This document shows positions 59,190 to 64,000 of a stretch of DNA of 64,000 nt, piece by piece. How positions within the stretch are numbered: the stretch's first letter is position 1; each line of letters opens with the position of its first letter. The stretch covers positions 60,959 through 124,958 of the forward strand of contig CAYJMN010000002.1 in assembly GCA_964371045.1 (NCBI GenBank). Reading direction: 5' to 3'. The stretch comes from an uncultured Chromatiales bacterium. Lineage in GTDB: Bacteria; Bacteroidota; Ignavibacteria; SZUA-365. The notes beneath the pieces were generated by a model that ran no database searches, was not told the origin of the DNA, and worked only from the letters and a program-made list of their open reading frames with translations. Both the position numbers and the translations under genes were made by a program.

Positions 59190-60011
59190 TCAACCCCCGA
59201 CAGCGACAGGATTCGCGTCGCGGGAAATCCAGTCGCTCCAGCCGCCTGCATAGAGCCGAGGCAAGCCAAGGCCCACTTCCGATGAAGCCAGGATATTGAC
59301 ACAGGCCGTGACGCCGGAACCGCAATACACGATCACACGTTCGTCGATGCCTGTCAGCAGGTCCGACAGTTCGGACGGTTGCTTGAAAAAGCCGTCCTCC
59401 GTCAATAGATCGCGCCAAGGAACATTGAACGCACCCGGGATGTGTCCTGCCACCGGATCGATGGTTTCCTGTTCACCCCGGAATCGTTCGGTCGCCCGGC
59501 AATCGACCAACAGTTGCATCCCGCGTGTGCTGACTTCGTCCATGAACGCGAGAAGGGAAGGACTTGGTTGCGCCAGGAACATCCGGGGCCGAACGCTGGA
59601 GCCGGTAGCGACAACCATTCCGCCGGCACGCCGCCAGGCCGCGAAACCGCCGTCAAGCACCTGAACGTCGTCGTGTCCGAGGTAACGAAGCATCCACCAG
59701 ACGCGCGCGGCATAGCAGGAGGCTTCATCGTCCAGGCATACGATCCGCGTTCTGCCGCTTTCGATACCGAGACGCGAGAAGAGCGCCGTCATCATTTCAA
59801 TGGACGGAAGGGGATGTCGTCCGCCATGTTCGCTCAGCGGCGCACAGCAGTCATCATCAAGAGACACATACAATGATCCGGGAATATGCCCTGCTTCATA
59901 TCTCCTCCAGCCTGAAGAGGGATCGGCGAGGTCGTATCGACAGTCCAGGACAAGTAAATCCTCTGTTCCCAACATCATTGAAAGCTGTGCTGAATCGATA
60001 AGATGCGACAT
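59190..60011 (-). CDS. sseA: rhodanese-domain sulfurtransferase, 3-mercaptopyruvate sulfurtransferase type
   Basis: Two rhodanese domains. Active-site loop CGSGVTACV is the MST-type CG(S/T)GVTA. Start taken at the internal Met 60009-60011 (MSHLIDSAQLSMML...); the 71-codon extension is not supported. Confidence 0.75.
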   Translation of the reverse strand: MSHLIDSAQLSMMLGTEDLLVLDCRYDLADPSSGWRRYEAGHIPGSLYVSLDDDCCAPLSEHGGRHPLPSIEMMTALFSRLGIESGRTRIVCLDDEASCYAARVWWMLRYLGHDDVQVLDGGFAAWRRAGGMVVATGSSVRPRMFLAQPSPSLLAFMDEVSTRGMQLLVDCRATERFRGEQETIDPVAGHIPGAFNVPWRDLLTEDGFFKQPSELSDLLTGIDERVIVYCGSGVTACVNILASSEVGLGLPRLYAGGWSDWISRDANPVAVGG

Positions 60012-60469
60012 GAAGACTCCGATTTCTGGAAACCACACCATACAATGATCGGAAAGACCATCGAAGCGCACAAATGCCGGATGAATGTTCGAGAACGATG
60101 AATTCACACCATAACCTTCGAACCGTCTCCAAGCCGCAGTTTCAGGTTGTTTATTGCTCCAACTAGCACGAGATCGCTTCGATGATAACGAGGCACCGAC
60201 GCGGTGCGACAGAGAAAGGTTCAATTTATTGCGGACGCCGGGCCTTGAGATCCCTCGTCCGGCATTTTCTCGTGCATGGATGAATTACTGCACTACTTTT
60301 CATTCACACGATGGTAACCTTCACTCACCCTGCGGTGTTTATAATTCAGGAAGTGAGAGACGGCAAGATACCTTCCTCCTTAATGATGGATAGACTCAAT
60401 ACCTTCCTGTGAACAGGCTCAGTAACGGCACCCCTCACATAGTCTTGTCGCCTCAGCTTTCAATGTTCC

Positions 60470-60513
60470 GAAGATCCCGGTTTCCCTCCTCTGACCGGGA
60501 TCTTCCTTTTTTA
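60470..60513 (+). terminator. strong rho-independent terminator/attenuator hairpin on the + strand, 155 bp upstream of the 60668 start codon
   Basis: Perfect 12-bp stem GAAGATCCCGGT/ACCGGGATCTTC with a 12-nt loop, immediately followed by CTTTTTTA. There is no coding ORF upstream of it on the + strand back to the divergent sseA gene. Confidence 0.65.
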
Positions 60514-60667
60514 TCTCACGCCACCCTCGCTCGCTGATTACCGCCTTCAACACTCCGACTACCCCCGCCATCGTTGCTTTCCCGTTACCCCGCGCGTCCC
60601 CAACACGATTATTGCTTCTCCGTAGCGAAAAGGATACCTTTCAGCCAATACACGGACAGGTATCGCT

Positions 60668-63355
60668 ATGAAAACATCAAGACATTTTTGTGTGACAATA
60701 TTTGGCTTGAGCGTTCTGCTGACCTGTACATATTCGGTTTTCGGGCAGGTGCGATTGTGGGACACAACCGGTGTCGCGGTTTGCACCGCGGACGGATGGC
60801 AGCGAGCACCGCGCTTGACGCCGGATGGAAGCGGTGGCGCCATCATTGCATGGGAGGATCTCCGTTCGGGATCGCAGACCGCCATTTATGCTGCTAGAAT
60901 CCTTCCCACAGGCATACTGCCATGGCGGAGCAACGGTGTTGAGGTTAGTCCGCCTGGTAGCGGAACACGGCTCGCCGGCCTCCTGGAGGATGGTGATGGC
61001 GGCGCATTTCTTGCCTGGTGGAGCACTTCAAACGGACATTCCGATATTTTCGCGCAGCGAATCGACAAGAACGGTGCATTGCGGTGGATCAACGGACCCC
61101 TCCGCGTATGCGGCGCTCCCGGCGACCAACAATGGGCTGAAATGATTGCCGATGGCGAAGGTGGAGTAATCATCGCCTGGCATGACGGGCGGGGTAATGA
61201 CAACGACATTTACGCGCAGCGAATCACCGCTGATGGCACCGTGCTTTGGACAGAAAACGGTGTTGCAGTTTCCACCGCCACGGGTGACCAGTCCTACCCC
61301 CAACTCGCCTCAAACCGCAACGGCGGCGCATTTATCGCATGGATGGACAGAAGAACCGAGGACGACATCTACATGCAGCATGTCCTGTCAGATGGAACCC
61401 TGCATATTCCGGAAGACGTTGCGGTATGCGTTGAGCCCAATCGACAGGTAGCACCAAAGGTGGGTCAATTCGGCGACGACAAGGTGGTGGTGTTCTGGCA
61501 GGATTATCGTCTCGGTACGACGACGTCCGCCCTGTACCTGCAGATATTCGACGACGACGGACAAAAGACCTATGTAGAAGATTACCAGGTGACGCAGTCC
61601 GACAAATCGCAGAGCGGCATGATGCTCACCAGCGATGGACAACGCGGTTCACTCGCTGTCTGGGCGGATTTCAGGAAAGCGGAATCGGATGGCGACATTT
61701 ATATGCGACGTATCAATGCGGATGGCAGCATTATCGGTGATTTCGGCAACGCCATGTGTGACGCGACCGGGACGCAGGAACGACCGCAGATGATCAACGA
61801 CGGTTTTGGTGGGGCATTCGCGGTTTGGCAAGACAAACGCAACACCTTCGATTACGATCTCTACATGAACCGCATCTCTGCTCAGGGAACGACAAACTAC
61901 ACGGATTGGAACCGCCATTCCGGCATGCTGCTGCACAAGGCGGACAACAACCAGCTTTCTCCCCAGGTCGTGTCATCCACAGTCGGCACGGCGATTATCG
62001 TGTGGTACGATGGCCGCGTACTGGACGGGCAGGCGGATATTTACGCACAGCGCGTCGCCTGGGCTCCGAGCATCGTACGACCGGACTCCGTTACTTTTGG
62101 CCTTTTTAAGACCGGCCTTACCGTTTTCGACACTCTTACCATCAAAAACAACGGGCCCTTACCGCTGCTGATCACCAATATTCGACGTGCCAGCGATCCA
62201 GCCACAACGCATCCCGGGGACTTCACCTGGCAGCCAACAATACTGATTCCGTACACTCTCCAGCCGGATTCTTCCGTCGATCTGGTTACATCCTTCAAGC
62301 CCGGTGGAATTGGACGACGCATTTCCGAGTTGCGAATAAGCAGCAATGCACCTGAGGATCCGGCAGTCATCAATCTCATTGGGATAGGCACAAATCCCAG
62401 GCTTGAAACGCCATCGGTCCACCAGTTTGCCGTCACCAAGCCAGGACAAATCAAAGAGGAGGAGCTTCAGGATTTCATCAGCAACACCGGGTCCGGAACG
62501 CTGGTTCTGCATCGCATCGAAATAACCGGTAGGGACAGCATGCTCTTTTCGAACGGAAACAATCCTCCTTTCCCCATTGAAGTACCCGAGCAGCAATCCA
62601 TTTCGTTGCGTCTCCGTTTTGCTCCCGATTCCGTCGGACCCAAGGAGGCGACGCTCCGTCTTTTTCACAACGGAGACAGCATCCCGCGCAGCGTCCGTCT
62701 ATCCGGTATCGCCGCCCTACCGACAATGTTGACCTCACCGATCACGCAATATTTCGATACGACGATGGCCACGGCGACACAGGAGGCGCAGATCCGCATT
62801 CGCAACACCTCCGGAGTCGAGCTTGTGGTCTCGGATCTCGTGTTGGCCGGCGATGATCCCGGAGAGTTCTCGGTACAAGCGACCCTGCCGATGCTCATCC
62901 CCGGAGACGCATCGGATACGTTTCTGCTGCGTTTTCATCCAACCAGCGCGGGATTGAAACGAGCAGAGCTGATTATTGTATCGGATGCTCCGTCATCTCC
63001 GGACAGCTTGCGCATCAACGGACCCGCTACGCCCTTGAGCATCATCGAGGCGCCCTCGGCGACGGACTTCGCGCTGCATTCCCTCTACCCGAATCCCGTT
63101 TCGCTCGCGCGCCCATTCACCGTCGGTGTTCGTCTTCCCGCGTCCTCAATGGAATCGCTACATCTGCGCCTTACCGATATACTCGGGCGCGAACATGAGA
63201 TATGGACAGGAACGGACATCCATGGAGCGAATCTCGTTATCCCTGTTTCGCTGCGCGATTCCGGTATCGCCCCCGGTCATTACACGATCACTGCCGAGCT
63301 GCGGAAAGGACGACGAATTCTACGTACATCGCAGTCGGTGTTGATATTACCGTGA
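60668..63355 (+). CDS. T9SS-secreted cell-surface protein: signal peptide, 8 x ~50-aa repeat predicted beta-propeller, Ig-like (ASH/choice-of-anchor-type) domains, T9SS C-terminal domain
   Basis: Signal peptide MKTSRHFCVTIFGLSVLLTCTYSVFGQ. Eight repeats of consensus D-G-x-G-G-a-h-I-A-W-x-D-x-R-x-(n)-D-I-Y-a-Q-R-I. Middle region of Ig-fold-like segments (TIKNNGPLPLLITNIRRASDP...; NTGSGTLVLHRIEITGRDS...). C-terminal T9SS CTD (LYPNPVSLARPFTVGVRLP...GHYTITAELRKGRRILRTSQSVLILP). Confidence 0.85.
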   Translation: MKTSRHFCVTIFGLSVLLTCTYSVFGQVRLWDTTGVAVCTADGWQRAPRLTPDGSGGAIIAWEDLRSGSQTAIYAARILPTGILPWRSNGVEVSPPGSGTRLAGLLEDGDGGAFLAWWSTSNGHSDIFAQRIDKNGALRWINGPLRVCGAPGDQQWAEMIADGEGGVIIAWHDGRGNDNDIYAQRITADGTVLWTENGVAVSTATGDQSYPQLASNRNGGAFIAWMDRRTEDDIYMQHVLSDGTLHIPEDVAVCVEPNRQVAPKVGQFGDDKVVVFWQDYRLGTTTSALYLQIFDDDGQKTYVEDYQVTQSDKSQSGMMLTSDGQRGSLAVWADFRKAESDGDIYMRRINADGSIIGDFGNAMCDATGTQERPQMINDGFGGAFAVWQDKRNTFDYDLYMNRISAQGTTNYTDWNRHSGMLLHKADNNQLSPQVVSSTVGTAIIVWYDGRVLDGQADIYAQRVAWAPSIVRPDSVTFGLFKTGLTVFDTLTIKNNGPLPLLITNIRRASDPATTHPGDFTWQPTILIPYTLQPDSSVDLVTSFKPGGIGRRISELRISSNAPEDPAVINLIGIGTNPRLETPSVHQFAVTKPGQIKEEELQDFISNTGSGTLVLHRIEITGRDSMLFSNGNNPPFPIEVPEQQSISLRLRFAPDSVGPKEATLRLFHNGDSIPRSVRLSGIAALPTMLTSPITQYFDTTMATATQEAQIRIRNTSGVELVVSDLVLAGDDPGEFSVQATLPMLIPGDASDTFLLRFHPTSAGLKRAELIIVSDAPSSPDSLRINGPATPLSIIEAPSATDFALHSLYPNPVSLARPFTVGVRLPASSMESLHLRLTDILGREHEIWTGTDIHGANLVIPVSLRDSGIAPGHYTITAELRKGRRILRTSQSVLILP

Positions 63356-64000
63356 ATTTCGCTTCCAAAAGAATCCACGTTCCTCTCTGTCAGCGCGAAA
63401 CGCCGCCAGGACATCGAAATCAATATCCGTGACGAGCACACGTTCATCGCCTATCGCTCTATAGAAGCACCCGGGATCGCTGGTAGCGCCATCGGCGAAT
63501 CCTCCAACACCGCTTGTTCGCAGTCGCGGCAATTCCGAATCCGCAGCCCAATCACTGATCCCCACATACACACCAAATTCGTACGCCCGGCTGATGGCGA
63601 GGTGCCTCCAGAGTGAGCGAGAGTAGTCGGGAGATGGCTTTCGCGTGACCGACAATGCCGGGACGAGCACGAGTTCCGGCAGTTCATGAATGTTGGCATA
63701 CAGATCGCTGAACCAGAAATCGGCGCAGATGAGCACCATGATGCGATGCCCGCCAAGCTCACATACCCCAAGTCGGGTACCGGCATCCACGCGCTCCCGT
63801 TCATCCGCATAGGGCCGGAGTTTATCGTAGTGGCAGATCACAGAACCGTCCGATGCGAAGATTGCTCCAGTGTTGCGGCGAAGCTCCTCAGTGATTTCGT
63901 GAAAGGAACCACCCAGTAGCACGCAGCCTGTCTCTTTCGCAAACGATCCCAGGACCTCGAAATACTCCCGCGATTCCGCCGGGAAGTACACGTGCTCGGG
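63347..64000 (-). CDS. carbon-nitrogen hydrolase family protein (nitrilase/amidase superfamily); the N-terminus probably lies beyond the window end
   Basis: CN-hydrolase catalytic Cys context (MVLICADFWF), the Lys region (HYDKLRPY) and the E-K-C triad arrangement. The minus-strand ORF runs to the window edge. Its 3' end overlaps the upstream + gene by 9 nt (convergent). Confidence 0.7.
   Translation of the reverse strand, partial: PEHVYFPAESREYFEVLGSFAKETGCVLLGGSFHEITEELRRNTGAIFASDGSVICHYDKLRPYADERERVDAGTRLGVCELGGHRIMVLICADFWFSDLYANIHELPELVLVPALSVTRKPSPDYSRSLWRHLAISRAYEFGVYVGISDWAADSELPRLRTSGVGGFADGATSDPGCFYRAIGDERVLVTDIDFDVLAAFRADREERGFFWKRNSR

Noticed and set aside
1-64000. Search for CRISPR arrays, tandem DNA repeats, IS elements, integrases and tRNA or rRNA genes
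   Set aside because: I found no regularly spaced direct repeats, no transposase or integrase-like ORFs, and no rRNA or tRNA signatures. The only repetitive DNA is codon-level repetition inside the TSP3-repeat and propeller-repeat genes.

Overview
This is a GC-rich chromosomal segment with about 45 protein-coding genes on both strands. I found no rRNA, tRNA, CRISPR array, transposase or integrase. The gene content places it in a Fibrobacteres-Chlorobi-Bacteroidetes (FCB) group organism with a type IX secretion system (T9SS): an SprA/Sov-sized translocon gene (about 2490 aa), three cargo proteins with the T9SS C-terminal sorting domain, and a CarboxypepD_reg-type TonB-dependent receptor with its DUF4249-like lipoprotein. 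Several genes carry clear Shine-Dalgarno sequences, which argues against classical Bacteroidia. Most of the window is housekeeping: a dapA-dapB-dapE-ldcA operon, ftsK-lolA, gcvT, tal, queD, lptF/lptG, ybaB-recR, recQ, a MutS-like membrane ATPase, an S9 peptidase, PPK2, a cyclophilin, an ECF sigma/anti-sigma/ybjQ operon, surE, a UPF0182 membrane protein and a rhodanese. The most unusual content is (i) a visibly lower-GC two-gene module encoding an FRG-domain protein and an unknown 139-aa partner, attached to the TonB-receptor operon; (ii) a giant T9SS cargo protein of about 3027 aa with no recognisable domains; (iii) a T9SS cargo protein with eight roughly 50-aa repeats that predict a beta-propeller; (iv) candidate leader or small-RNA elements ending in strong hairpin terminators (60.25-60.51 kb and 43.5-44.0 kb); and (v) several small ORFs that the 60-aa ORF track missed. 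The many long antisense ORFs inside the giant genes are shadow ORFs.
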